A stretch of 57,496 nucleotides of DNA, filler included, from Nemertoderma westbladi (Eukaryota; Animalia; Xenacoelomorpha), in the NCBI GenBank assembly GCA_032718475.1. It is 3 parts of 3 records of this genome, joined end to end, with 100 filler letters (N's around TTAATTAATTAA, not from the genome) between each part and the next. Parts side by side here need not be neighbours in the genome. Positions count along the whole stretch, not along the records: positions 17,808 to 34,448 come from JAUCBJ010003418.1; positions 34,549 to 57,496 come from JAUCBJ010006488.1; 1 more part is not named here. The stretch is one strand, 5' to 3'. Positions within the stretch are counted from its first letter, which is position 1. The number at the start of each line of letters is the position of its first letter. Position numbers and translations under genes: made by a program. Shown here in pieces: positions 23,201 to 35,004 of this stretch. The notes beneath the pieces were generated by a model that ran no database searches, was not told where the DNA came from, and saw nothing but the letters and a program-made list of their open reading frames with translations.

Positions 23201-25500
23201 GACAGGGATATATTTAATTGCAGCATTCATAATGATGTCCTGCATGTTTTCTGTTAGGGTGTTCAGTTCAGCTTCTGATAGTGTTCCCAATGCAAGCCCG
23301 TTATTGCTGGATAATTGTGATATGTTATTATTAACAGTGACTTTGTATAGCTCCTTCTGTTGCACGCTGGCTTTGTCCCAAGAGAACCGAAGTTGTTGTC
23401 GCCTGGGGAAACTTGACTGATTGTCGTTGTTCATGGCGGCGCCGGGGGGCATTGGTGGATAGGATCTTCATTAAGGACGTGACCGTTGCTGATCCATGGA
23501 ATGCTGGCTCTAGGAATGATAATATGGTCGATATACGAGTTCCCGTGGCCCCTGAAGGTGGTGCAGGGTCCGCTAAATGTGCTAGTTGTGTCGACTGCTG
23601 TAAGACAGTTATTAATGAGGAACGAATTCAGCCACTGACCTTGTCGGGAGGCTGTGTTTGCACTGGATCGTAGACCCTGAAGGAGACCAACATCTGCATT
23701 TGCGTCAGTGAGCAGAATGGGGGTAGCTGAACTGTATTGTCTTATTAGTGGCTTGAAGTCGGCCTAAAAAGTCGTCGTACTGTATTCGTTCCTTACTGGT
23801 ATCAGGGGCATAGCATGAGAGGACAAGGAATTTTGTATTGTTGTAATCTGTTGTCGTAGTGATGACACCCACGATATCATCACCTGATTCAACTCTAGTC
23901 CAGTCCGCAACCTTGCTCTTACGGAAAAATAGTGCACATCCGCCAGCCCCACGCCGCCTGTCCGGGTTACACAATAACTTACTGATTGTAGACACACAAT
24001 GAAATTTATTGTTGAGTGGGTAGATGAGCTCTTTGCATTGAGTTTCATCGAGCCAGTGCTCCTGTAGCCCGACAAAGTCACTATCCTCGAGGAGATCACC
24101 AATGTAGTCACTGTTGGATGGAAAACCGCGAGAATTGAAACTGACAAATCTGAGCTCCTTAACGATTCTGCATTCCGGTTGTTTACTGCTGCTAAACATG
24201 CTGCTGGTGGTGCCGTGGTGTGCTGACTTGTGTGCGCCATTGTCCTGTCCTATGATAATGCAGTTGTTCCCTGTGTCTCTGTTTGTAGACCCATTCTCGA
24301 CAGGAGATGCCTGGTGGCCAGAAATCGTTACCTGTTAGTAAATCCATATTGATAATGTCAGTCACTAATCTCATGTTTTTTGAGTCTCTGCTTAGCCTTT
24401 TGGTGATACGATCAACTACAATGTGATTTCTTTCCAAGAAAGCAATGACGTCTTCCTCAGTGTTATGGCGACTGACTCCACTGATGAATAGATATATTTG
24501 CCTTCTGGAATCGGAACAGGTGAGGGGTTTGCGGTTTTGGAGTGGGAGTTGCTGTGATTGTGGTGTATGCTGGGAGGGTTTAACTGACACCTTGGGATCT
24601 GGTTTCATTGGTATGTGGTTGGAGTTGGATGTTTTATTATGGTTAGTGCCATTGCTGGTGACTGATGATGAGTTGATTATATCAGATTCGGTTTGATACC
24701 TGATATTTGGATTGGATTGTATGTTCCTTCTGCTAGGCTCAACATGTGGTGCAGAATTTATTACCTGTTGACTTTGTGGTCTGGTGTCAGGGCAGGTTAG
24801 GGTATTGCAGCTGAATAGGGGACTATAGCGGTTCCGTGATTTGAGAATGGGCTGCTTGTTGTCATCACTACTGGGTTTGGAATATTTCGTTGGCCATTTA
24901 CCTTTGACTGCGATCCAGGGCCCTCCGATGTCGGGATTGTTCTCAGTCTGGACGGCCTTGTCCTTTGAGGTATCTAGATTGGTATGGGTTAAATGGTGCA
25001 AAGGTTGACTGCGCTCAGTGGATTGGTCTGGTGAGGGCAGCGAATCTATTACAATGAAGGTTTCCTCGCTATCTGTTGAATTAAGAGGCATATGTTCAGG
25101 AGTGATGTAGTTATCTTGTGTTGTGGTTAGTGGACTACGTGTCCCATCTTGGGGTTTAATGGGATTTTGGATGGTATTGGAGACGATGGGGCGATCAACG
25201 TTTACTGTGGGAGAGGTGGCTGTGTGGACTAGGTGTGGGGACCCACTAAGGCGGTATTCGAGCTTGTGGATACATCTTTCGAGAACGATGCGACTGTGTC
25301 TTTCTTCACTTATTTCTTCCTGTAGGTGCTTATTACACTCGGCCAGTGTAATATTGTAATTTTCAACTATAGACAGTCGTGTCTGGATGGCGGCGATTGC
25401 CCTGATAAAGTCACTTCTCAATGAGTTGGGGGTACAGTCTTCTTCGCAGTTAGAAGTAGCTATTTTTTGCAACTTTTTTAATACTCAATGCCGCGTACTC
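20215..25500 (-). mobile_element. Degenerate near-full-length LINE (RTEX-like): ORF1 24192-25472, ORF2 APE from 24199, RT about 21990-22670, post-RT 20325-20630
   Basis: ORF1 coiled coil + RRM-like FWPPGISCREW; APE SFNSRG..LQEHWL; RT DIQSAFD, GIKQGSLLSP, AYADD; frameshifts and stops present. Confidence 0.88.
20633..21985 (+). mobile_element. 5'-truncated RTE-clade LINE inserted antisense into the host LINE RT
   Basis: QNGFR, DFFKAFDS, GVLQGDTLAP, DFADD, FCYLGS; TAA at 21295 where the 49-kb copy has GAA; (TAG)n tail; TSD TTT(C/G)GTTATG at 20625-20634 and 21985-21994. Confidence 0.92.
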
Positions 25501-25751
25501 TATTAATAAGCCACTCTATTAAGCACGCCTTGTAAGCGTGCAGCCTTCATAATTTATGGAGGCTGGATTATAACCGGTAGAGTACTGCTTTACTGTGTGT
25601 GTATGTGCAGGCATGTGGGAGAGTTCTATAAATTGTCATTTGTTGCAATTTGGTTAATGGACATAATTGAAGCCTCCTCGTTTTAAGCGAGATACTGAAT
25701 TTTATGGTACAGTAGCTAGTGTTTTAGGTAGGTTTAGCTAGTAATTTCAAC

Positions 25752-26245
25752 ACTGTTCCGATATCCTACTTCCTTCTATAAATATTTTATAGCAGCTAGT
25801 TCTTATTTCTATTTGTATAGAAAACGTTCCAGAACATGGTAGCCATTCATTTTTTAAAAAATATGTTCTAAATATTTTTTGTTCTAGAACATTTTTAAGA
25901 AAAAATCTGGATGCGATTTAGAACGCATGGAATCGTTCTAAAACGTGTTTAAAATCAATAAAAAATATTTTAAAAATTTTTTTCAATTAAATTTTTTCAC
26001 AAATTTTTTTTCACAATTTTTTTTATTGACCTTAAACAAGTTTTAGAACGATTCCATGCGTTTTAAGTCGAATCCAGATTTTTTTTTTTTAATGTTCTAG
26101 AACAAAACATATTTGCTATAGAACATTATTGTTTTGAAAAATGAATAACCAACATGTTCTGGAACATTTTCTATTCCAATAGAAATAAGAACTAGCTACT
26201 ACAGTATAAAATATTTATAGAAGGAAGTAGGATATCGGAACCAGT
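25752..26245. mobile_element. Palindromic MITE
   Basis: GTTCCGATATCCTACTTCCTTCTATAAAT... and its reverse complement; about 240-bp arms. Confidence 0.85.
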
Positions 26246-26275
26246 ATGCCAGAGGTTAGCTACAAGTAAGCTCCA

Positions 26276-27445
26276 CTTAGCTACAAGAGTTTGAAAAAGG
26301 TGTCTACGGTGATATTTCACCAGTTATACTGCAGTTATTTTTGAAACTTATATTGATTTGTTGGTACTGCTTTCCGTGGAGTTCCGATTTGCTGACCGTG
26401 CCATGATTCCAAAAATGTAAAAACATTTCAATTTGGTTGGGAAATAGCTGAGATATGAGCGCTCAAAAGTGCGGGGTTTTGCACCTGCGCGAGGCTGTTT
26501 TATTCTATTTAATAAATACACCATATTCTAGAACATTTTGTTTGTTATGAATAGCTGGCTATTCTTTACTATGATAATTATGATTAATATGATTAAATTA
26601 ATATATAGTCACATTTCTACAATTGATTTAGAATAATAATAATGATTAAACAATAAACAATTCCTCCAGGAGAGTAGCATAAAAATTAATTAGTTCCCAA
26701 GATATTATTGAAGCCCTAATACATTTCAGGGTCAAGACCCCGCACACCCGCCGCTCCATCACCGAAACCGAGACTCCTCCATGGTTTCTTCCACCCCTGA
26801 GACGCAGCCCGCAACAGCCCAAACTGCAATCGCCTCCTCACAGCACCCAACACAACCCCCAACCCTCGCTGCCTCAACTCCACCCTCTTTGACACAAGTG
26901 TCTCTGCAAAGTGTTTAATGAACGAACATCTGAGCTTCCTCCCCCCACACACCATCAGTTGAGCACACGAGGGGCGTGAAGTGCATACGGTGTGTCTCGC
27001 AGGGCTCCTGAGAGTGGGCCCGTTTGACACGTAATAGCTACATGTAGTATGATTTAAGAAGCATTACATTGTTGCCCAGCTACGTATGGAATAAACAAAA
27101 TGTTCCAGAATATGATGTATTATTAAAGAATAAATGGCCTACATAAGAAGCAAATACATGCAACTTTCGAATACCCATATCTCAGCTATTTCCCAACCAA
27201 AATCATGTGTTTTTATATTTATGGAATCCTTGCATGGGCAGCCCTCTATTGTTACCAACAAATCACGATAAGGTTCAAGAATAACTGAAGTAACTGGTGA
27301 AATATCACCGGAGACACCTTTTTTAAACGCTTGTAGCTAAAGATTAAAAGCAAAAATAAAAATTCTGGCTCACCCAGTCAGTGGTCGGGAGGTGAAACTA
27401 TCTAAATTTCATATTTCATGCAATCTCATTAAGATTTGTAGAAAA
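26276..27445. mobile_element. Non-autonomous DNA element with long inverted arms (about 26276-26545 / 27085-27340) around a GC-rich insert; related arm at 17270-17700
   Basis: TTAGCTACAAG..AAAAAGGTGTCTACGGTGATATTTCACCAG vs CTGGTGAAATATCACCGGAGACACCTTTT..TTGTAGCTAA. Confidence 0.75.
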
Positions 27446-27794
27446 ATTTGGGAACACTATATTCCAGGAAATTGTGTATATAGAATTAATATAGTTACTG
27501 AATCTTTGAATTTCTGAACTAATTTATCATTTACAATGTTTATTATTTTATTCCATTTAATTAATATTAAGAATTTGCATTTAAACAATAATAATTGTAT
27601 TTAAACATATGTATATACTGTATGTATATATGGCATTTAAACACCTGAGTTCTTTATACAGTAGCATTACTATTCTCGTCTATATTTCAATCTTCGCTAG
27701 GCTCTGGTTGATAAAAACTATTCGGGCCGCAAACGTGTGTAAGTCCAACCAGTTAAAGAAGGGGCACTCACTGTCTTCTACTATAAGATGTGTG

Positions 27795-27925
27795 TGAGTG
27801 GTTGTGCGGAGTCGCTTACCAAGCTCCTTTAGGAAGGAAGCGGTGGCTGGACCGGGGCAACCAAATGTCTCGAAGGCAACGGGTGTAAACTGGAAGCCCC
27901 GGTCCATTAGCTCCTTGTATTTTAT
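27795..27925 (-). mobile_element. Second small CRE-type endonuclease fragment
   Basis: KYKELMDRGFQFTPVAFETFGCPGPATASFLKELGKRL. Confidence 0.7.
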
Positions 27926-28182
27926 GTTATTACTTCATTGTTATATGAATAATTTAATTTCAGATGGGAAAACAATATTAAGTGCATGGATGTGGAAAAT
28001 CAACAAATTGTGTAAAAACATTATTTTTTTTTACCAAGGTGAAAGCCAAACCAACCACACTATTAATTACGCATACAAAAAGGTTAAAGATGCAAATAAT
28101 TTTAGCGCGCCAATATTGTAGTAAACGACCATGTCGATGCATAATTTAATTGGAGATAGGGGGGGGGGGGGGGGGGGGGGGG

Positions 28183-28399
28183 ACTGACGCAATAAAAATT
28201 CATCCCTCTCCAGGGGAAAGTTGTCGCAAATAACAGCTGATTTAAAAGCTCTTTAAAATTAAACTGTAACCTGTTCTATTGTGTTTAGTTTATTGTTTTG
28301 GTTAAAATAACGCGCCACTGTAACCTGCTCCTTTCACTAAATTGAGAATTTAACTTTAAGGCGGGATATTAATTCGCCAAGATGGGATTTGCGTCCAGT
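28183..28399. mobile_element. Short MITE family; opposite-orientation copies at about 29982-30200, 42351-42530 and partial 13300-13345
   Basis: Shared GGACGCAAATCCCATCTCGGCGAATTAA and CGTTATTCTAACCAAAACAATAA; ends ACTGACGCAA/TTGCGTCCAGT. Confidence 0.75.
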
Positions 28400-29179
28400 T
28401 TCCCCCCTGTAACTTAAATGGATAAAAAGCACAACATGAAGAAGTGACGATGAAAGCGTCACAAAGCGTCTTACAGCGATGGTTATTATTGCTGTGTGCA
28501 AAAATAGCATTGTGCCACCGTACATTATCCCTAACTACAGTAGTTGCACAATGGAATCAATATTTCTGTATAGGTCTACTGTGCAATGATATAAGTCGAT
28601 ACCTGCACTTGTAGGGTACAGCACTTAGTATAAAAGTTTCTGACTTGTCAAGTTCCACGACCAGTATATAGAATTCCATTATTGCATTATACGTGGAGTG
28701 GCTTTCCTTATATAATGATGACTCTACAATAACACAGTCAGTGACAGGTTGTAACACATTACTCCGGTAGGCCTACAGGTATCATACAGTAGTTAGCAGG
28801 AAACAGGATATATCATTCATATTACAAAAATATTATAAAAGTTATTGTGGAATTATTTTTATTACGGCATGCCGACTACTGTATGTCATACTTTTGGTAT
28901 TTTTACACGGACAATTCAATAACCCTTGAAAGTATTCTGAATTTATAAGCGTGATAAATTATTAAACTCGCGAGAAAAATTAACATAAACTTATGTTAAA
29001 TATCCATTCAAAAGAATAATATGCAAAATCAAAGCAGATAATATGTACTATTCACCTACAGGCGTACTGGGTAGCTGGAGTCAATTTAAGAACTCACAAA
29101 AACTCAGTTTGAGTTCTAGAATATATGTGTCAGGTAACAATCGGGAAGAAAGGATTATAAACAATAATACAAAATGGTT

Positions 29180-29935
29180 GAAGGTCTTCATTTCAGACGT
29201 TTCTAAAATGTTTTAATTTCAGCCCATTAGCGGTAGACTGGAGAACTGTCGGGGGATTACCGTCCCAACAAAGACGCAGCCTATGGATGGTCTGGCACAC
29301 CTACAGTATCTGCCAAGTTTCAGCTTGAACTGATGACAAATAACGAAATGAGAAAAGGTTTTCATTTTCAGTTATTTCGACCTTTACAGCGGCAAATTGT
29401 AGAAATTTACCGTCCCATAAAGAAACCAGCCAGGTTTCTACTGTAGTTTCAGGTTAGCCTGATTAAAATCGAGGAAACGGCGGAAGGTTTTCACTTTCGG
29501 ACATTTCGTCCTCTAGCAAAAGACAGGTGAACTGCAGACCGATCACATTCTTCACAAAGAAGCATCATGTGGTATATTACATACTGTATATGCCAAGATT
29601 CAGCTTAAACGGATTAAAATCAAGGAAATGGGGAGTTATCACTTACATACATTTTGCCCTTTAGCGGCATACTGGAGAACTGCAGACCGATCACCGACCC
29701 CACAAAGACATATGATGTGTTCAAGCACATATCTGATAAGTTTCAGCTTGAACGGATCATAAATAACGGAATGGGTCAAGGATTTCAATTTGAGACATTT
29801 TACCCTATTCTGGAACCTCCTTTGAATGGCAAAGTTAATATGGTCTTCTGTAGTACAAATCTGCTCAGCTTGAACAGATTAAAAGTAGGAAATGGGAGGG
29901 TATTTAGATTATGTAGCCTTGTATCGGGAGTCTGT
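29180..29935. repeat. Degenerate tandem ~145-150-bp repeats related to the Helitron interior at 55.4-56.1 kb
   Basis: Recurring GAAGGTTTTCA..TTCAGAC..TAGCGG.AGACTGGAGAACTGCAG..GCCAAGTTTCAGC. Confidence 0.65.
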
Positions 29936-30353
29936 TAAACTGATGTAACGTATCGTAACGTAACGTTACGTATTACTGTGCACTGGACGCAAATCCCATC
30001 TCGGCGAATTAAAATCACACCTCAGACTCAGAATCTGTCAATGTTAAATTATTAATTAATAATTAATTAATTTAAGGAAAGGAGCAGAGGTTACAGTAGT
30101 GGCACGTTATTCTAACCAAAACAATAAACTAAAGAAAGTCAATAGAACAGGTAACAGTTTTATTTTTGGGTGTATTCAGCTGTTACATGTTATTTGCGTC
30201 TAATTTTCCCTGTTAACAGCCTGTAGGGAGAGAGTGTACTGTACCGTACAGGTTTGTATGTAGAAATATAATATTGTATGTAATATTTATATATAAATTA
30301 CTATTAAGATAATATAGAGTAGGCCCACTTTTTCAACATCATTTTCTTGAATA

Positions 30354-31307
30354 ATGGAATCAGATTGTGGGAGAAAAGTTTGCATTATAGGTAGCGGAGT
30401 TGTTGGGCGTCATTGGGCAATGTTGTTCGTCTCCCAGGGTTACAACGTAACGCTTTATGACATCAACAGTAAACAAATCGAAACCGCGCTAGAGTTTATT
30501 CGCGAATACTTGGAGGGACTGCGCAATAAACAGATGGTCCGTGGCTCTTTGACAGTCGAGGAACAGTTGAGTTTACTCACTCACACCACAGACCTTTCCG
30601 AAGCCGTTGTAGACGCTGTACATATACAGGAATGCGTGCCGGAGGACGTCGCCTTGAAACGTTCGGTATTCGCCCAACTGGACGAACTAGTTAACGACTC
30701 CTGCGTACTAGCGAGCTCGTCTAGTTGCCTGGCTATGAGCCAGTTCACGGAGTCTCTCTCCCACCGCTCGCAATGTTTAGTTGCTCATCCGGTGAACCCC
30801 CCGTACGTTCTCCGACTCGTCGAGTTGGTTCCGACCCCGTGGACCAGTCCGGAGGTGCTCGGTGCGACACGCGAGCGGATGACCCGACTCGGCCAAGCCC
30901 CTGTCACGCTCAGCCGGGAGGCCGATGGATTTGCTTTGAACCGCATTCAGTACGCCGTTATCAATGAGTGTTGGAACATGGTAGAGTCGGGTCTACTCAG
31001 TGTCGCCGATGTGGAGACGGTTATCACGCAAGGGTTGGGTCCGCGCTACGCCGTGATTGGTCAGTTCGAGACGATGCATCTCAACGCGGACGGTATTGGA
31101 GATTATTGTCGTCGTTACGCCGGCGGTATGCGGAGGGTTTCTGCTACGTTGGCATCGCCTCCAGCGGACTACGGCGGCGAAACAATAGGGAAGCTCTGCG
31201 AGGAATTCGATCGCCGCATTCCATTAGACCAACTCAGAGAGAGACGCGTCTGGAGGGATAACTGTTTATTGCAAATTTCCGCTATAAAGAAAAACTCAGG
31301 CTGCTGA
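30354..31307 (+). CDS. CRYL1: Lambda-crystallin homolog / L-gulonate 3-dehydrogenase, intronless
   Basis: 317 aa; Rossmann IIGSGVVG..WAMLF, QECVPE, LASSSS, HPVNPPY, GFALNRIQYA, GLGPRYA..ETMHLNA. Confidence 0.93.
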   Translation: MESDCGRKVCIIGSGVVGRHWAMLFVSQGYNVTLYDINSKQIETALEFIREYLEGLRNKQMVRGSLTVEEQLSLLTHTTDLSEAVVDAVHIQECVPEDVALKRSVFAQLDELVNDSCVLASSSSCLAMSQFTESLSHRSQCLVAHPVNPPYVLRLVELVPTPWTSPEVLGATRERMTRLGQAPVTLSREADGFALNRIQYAVINECWNMVESGLLSVADVETVITQGLGPRYAVIGQFETMHLNADGIGDYCRRYAGGMRRVSATLASPPADYGGETIGKLCEEFDRRIPLDQLRERRVWRDNCLLQISAIKKNSGC

Positions 31308-31809
31308 ATATCATTCTGTCCAATTCGTCAATGGAAGTCGCCTTTCAAAGAACTAGGAATAATGTTTTTTTTTTGCTTTTTTCTAAGGGATTACAAGGTA
31401 TTATTTGCATGTGATATTGCGCCCACGGTTGATGGTGAAATGTAAGTAAGTAGGTTTAAATGTAGCTTACAAGATTGTAATACGATATGTGTTGTAATTA
31501 TATTCCGAAATTAAAATAGCGAGGATTGAAGTATGTAGAGACACTATAAATTAAACTTGTGAGGTGTTAGCTTACGCGGTACGGCACTGTTAGCTTACGC
31601 GGTACGCCACGTTAGCTTACGCGGTACGCCACTGTTATATTCAGCAATAATGAAATGTGTTACTGAATAAGGATTTGGTGTGGGGTGATGTGTAAGCATG
31701 ACATTTTATGTGCCAAAGATTTTGTGTTCACTTACACTAAACTCGTGTTTGTTGGTAAACGAAACCAATATAGAAATATACAGTTATAACACTGTATAAT
31801 GTTATACAT

Positions 31810-33058
31810 TAGAGTTACAACGGGATCCCGATGGAAAATCCCGATCCCGATGGAAAAATATCGGGATTTGCTATATCTGAATTTATATGCCCTGCAGCTT
31901 AAAATTTTATAAATTTTAACAATTTTTGCCAATAACAAAAACAATAATTTAATGAATAATAAAGTAAAAGAATAGTTACCGGTTTTGCTTTTACAACTAC
32001 AGTGCTACAGAGATACTATATATATTATATATACATGAAAGTCTATATTATAAATAATAGAAATACTTGTTGCTTTTTATTGAATATTGCAGAGGATACC
32101 TAATCTCTGGGTAGCACATTCACAAGAATGCTTCGCCGGGTTCACTGTCACGTACAATGCACAGATCTCCAACCGGACACTACTACAGTATATAACATTA
32201 TATGTGTCTCATTGGTTCCCCCAAGCTTGACACTTGAACGGAACCACCTCCGCTTTGCAGGACATTGCTTTCGCTGTGTGGAGCAGCCTCGACACAATCT
32301 TGTGCTTTTTCAGCCCCATGGAGAAACTAAGCATGCTGGACAGCCCATGACTTTCGTGAGACGCCTCTCAAACGACACTGGCCTTGAAGATGCGGATAAT
32401 CTCGCGAAAGTCAGTGATAGAGAGTTGTGGCTTTGAAATTTTGTTGATAAGCCGGCTTAGCATTCTTAATGCACGCTGCATTGGGCTTGTCAATTGTGGA
32501 TTGCATGGTAGTGGCAAAACATTTTTGTTAAGCCAGCGTAGCATCTCAATGTGCAGTTTCAATGCAGAAATCCGATTATATTATAGAGATGTAGCAGCGA
32601 TTCAGTCAGACTGCAGTAGATACTGTACAGTATATTAAAAAGTTGGAGAAATTTTATTAAAAAAGTAAGTGAAATTAAATACGTACACGTGGGAAATAAA
32701 CTACGTGTGTGAACCATTTGAAAAAAGTCAGCGGACATTTTTACATATATATTTCAATTTTTTTATACATTTTTTACACATTTTTTATACTGTAATAATA
32801 TAATGATATACACCCCCATACGGGTAAAATAAAATTGTTGGTTTATATATAAATTAATATAATATTGATATTAAAAAAGTTTAGTAAATGGGCGAGAGTT
32901 ATAGACATTTTTTAGTACATGAGATTTCTCGAAAGATTTTTTACTTCTATAAAGAGGGCAGGGCAGATAGATATTTTTAGTTTTGGAAGAGTAGGGCCGC
33001 AATAAAATAAAAAATCCTCATCCCGAAAATTGTGTATCCCGATCCCGTTGCAACACTA
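31810..33058. mobile_element. Non-autonomous hAT-type element
   Basis: TIRs TAGAGTTACAACGGGATC / GATCCCGTTGCAACACTA; 8-bp TSD TTATACAT / TTAAACAT. Confidence 0.75.
32088..32520 (+). mobile_element. Older 3' fragment of a related RTE subfamily, inside the hAT element
   Basis: MLRRVHC...VSLVPPSLTLE..LRFAGHCFR, similar to 21560-21940. Confidence 0.85.
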
Positions 33059-33319
33059 TTAAACATTATACAATATAACACTTTAAATTTCGGTTTAGGA
33101 CTGATTAACTAAGCCTAAGCCTAACAGAAATCCTTTTGAAAATTGACTGAAAATAATGTCAGTTAATTAATGTCTGTTATTGAGCATCAACCGAATTATT
33201 GACCACAATAAAATTTTCAATAAAGTACACGCAAAATTGGTAACTGGATTAGATTTATTTTTAATAGGAATTACTTTTTAGAAATTTCATAATTAACATA
33301 TTTAACATACCATTTATTG

Positions 33320-33930
33320 TTGCTAGGAGACAACCATCGTCGCTAAGGACACCATAAAAAGTAAAGCCAAACCACAAGGATTACCTGTATCAAAGAGATG
33401 TGAAAATAAGAAAGGAACTTGTGACGTCATCGGGATAGCCACTAACAGTCAAATTCAAAAACTTTTCGAAAAACTTTTCACCATTCGACATAGATTGAAC
33501 TGCAACACCAATAATGTCATTTATCTGTTTATGTAATGACTTGTAAAGGATGCAAAGAGGATTACATTGGACCAATAATGAACTCTAAACATCGCCAGAA
33601 ATGCTAGACAAAACGCTAGAATCAGACTGTATTCCGGCTGTAGATCTGTTTGAGGATTTTATTGGCGTCAGTTCCGGTAGACAATCGGATACTGGTGGTC
33701 CATCTGTACTGATTGCCTAGTAACTGGTTAACGATAAACTCACTAACTCAGTTTGGGACGAGTTGGTATTAAACCCGAAAGGACTTCTTGTGGGAGAAGT
33801 CCGACCACAGTAGCTGAAATGATGAAATGGCTAATGTGGTTTCGGATTCTTCTACTGCTGTTGAGTCGCATTTAAATGTCATCGTCACTTCTGAATGGGT
33901 TGCTCCTTTCAAACCCCGACGTGGTTTACG
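33320..33930 (+). mobile_element. Penelope-like element remnant (GIY-YIG endonuclease)
   Basis: Frameshifted ARRQPSSL...FTIRHRLNCNTNNVIYL/TCKGCKEDYIG...PKGL. Confidence 0.65.
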
Positions 33931-34448
33931 ACTAGTGCCGGATTAAGGATTTTTGAGCCACCCCCCCCCCCCCCCCCAGTATGAACAGTATTTACAATTA
34001 CAGTATTTTAAAAAACAAGTTTCCGAGCTTTGCGTTTGACAAATTCGTCTTTAAAACTAGTTAGATCGATACTACTGTACTACGCAACATGTTGCACTCA
34101 ATGTTGAGTAGGCCTAGAGATATCATATTAAGTCTACGTTGCAACATGTTTGTAGTTGTAGTTTGTACGAAATTTATTTTTGATCGTTTAAGTATCGAAA
34201 AAAACCCGTACATACCGAACTCATAAGGGCTAAGTTCTAAGTGAAGTACAACATCTAAATTTTGGAAATGTAGATCTAGATTATGTCGGTTGAGGAGCCG
34301 GTACGTACATCTTCACCTCCTTACTGATTTTAGGTTTGCCCGGATCAACCAATTCAGAATTTTTTGTAAAGTCTGTGTTTATAAATTTTTGAAATTGCAG
34401 TAATTATATTGCTAAACTACAGTAGTTTTGAAGTCGCCGGTATAACAT

Positions 34449-34548
34449 NNNNNNNNNNNNNNNNNNNNNNNNNNNNNNNNNNNNNNNNNNNNTTAATTAA
34501 TTAANNNNNNNNNNNNNNNNNNNNNNNNNNNNNNNNNNNNNNNNNNNN
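34449..34548. other. Artificial contig linker
   Basis: 44 N + TTAATTAATTAA + 44 N. Confidence 0.97.
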
Positions 34549-35004
34549 GTTTGTCCTGGAGTTGTGTTGTCAGCTGAAGCTACCAAGCTATCTGGGCGAG
34601 GACAGGAGGATGGCGTTTACCCATCTGGTCAGAAAACCAATAGTCTATGGTGCACCATGGCCCAAAAACGTGTGGAGACTCAGGGGCCAATTTAGACAAA
34701 ATATTTGGGGGGTGTAGGGAAATTTTACGTAGTATAATATTTTATTTTATCGAGTAAAATATTTTTTTTACATATCAAATATAGGTCAGATTAGATTATT
34801 GATTTTGCCAATTAATAGGAACTACTCTTACAAATTTTATCACATGTGGAGAAAGTTATATTTCGAGGAGATTTTCAGTATAAAATACTGTTAAATAATT
34901 ACTTTACTCAACAGTATTTACATTAATATGAAAAAAAATGTTATAAAAAAACACCAATAATAAATTTAAAAAATGTTCACGCTCCTCCACTCCCTCTCTC
35001 TCTG

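Noticed and set aside
34549-34640. Possible exon 2 of the SLC18B1-like gene next to the linker
   Set aside because: The candidate acceptor in the required phase meets a TAG within 12 codons and shows no MFS similarity.
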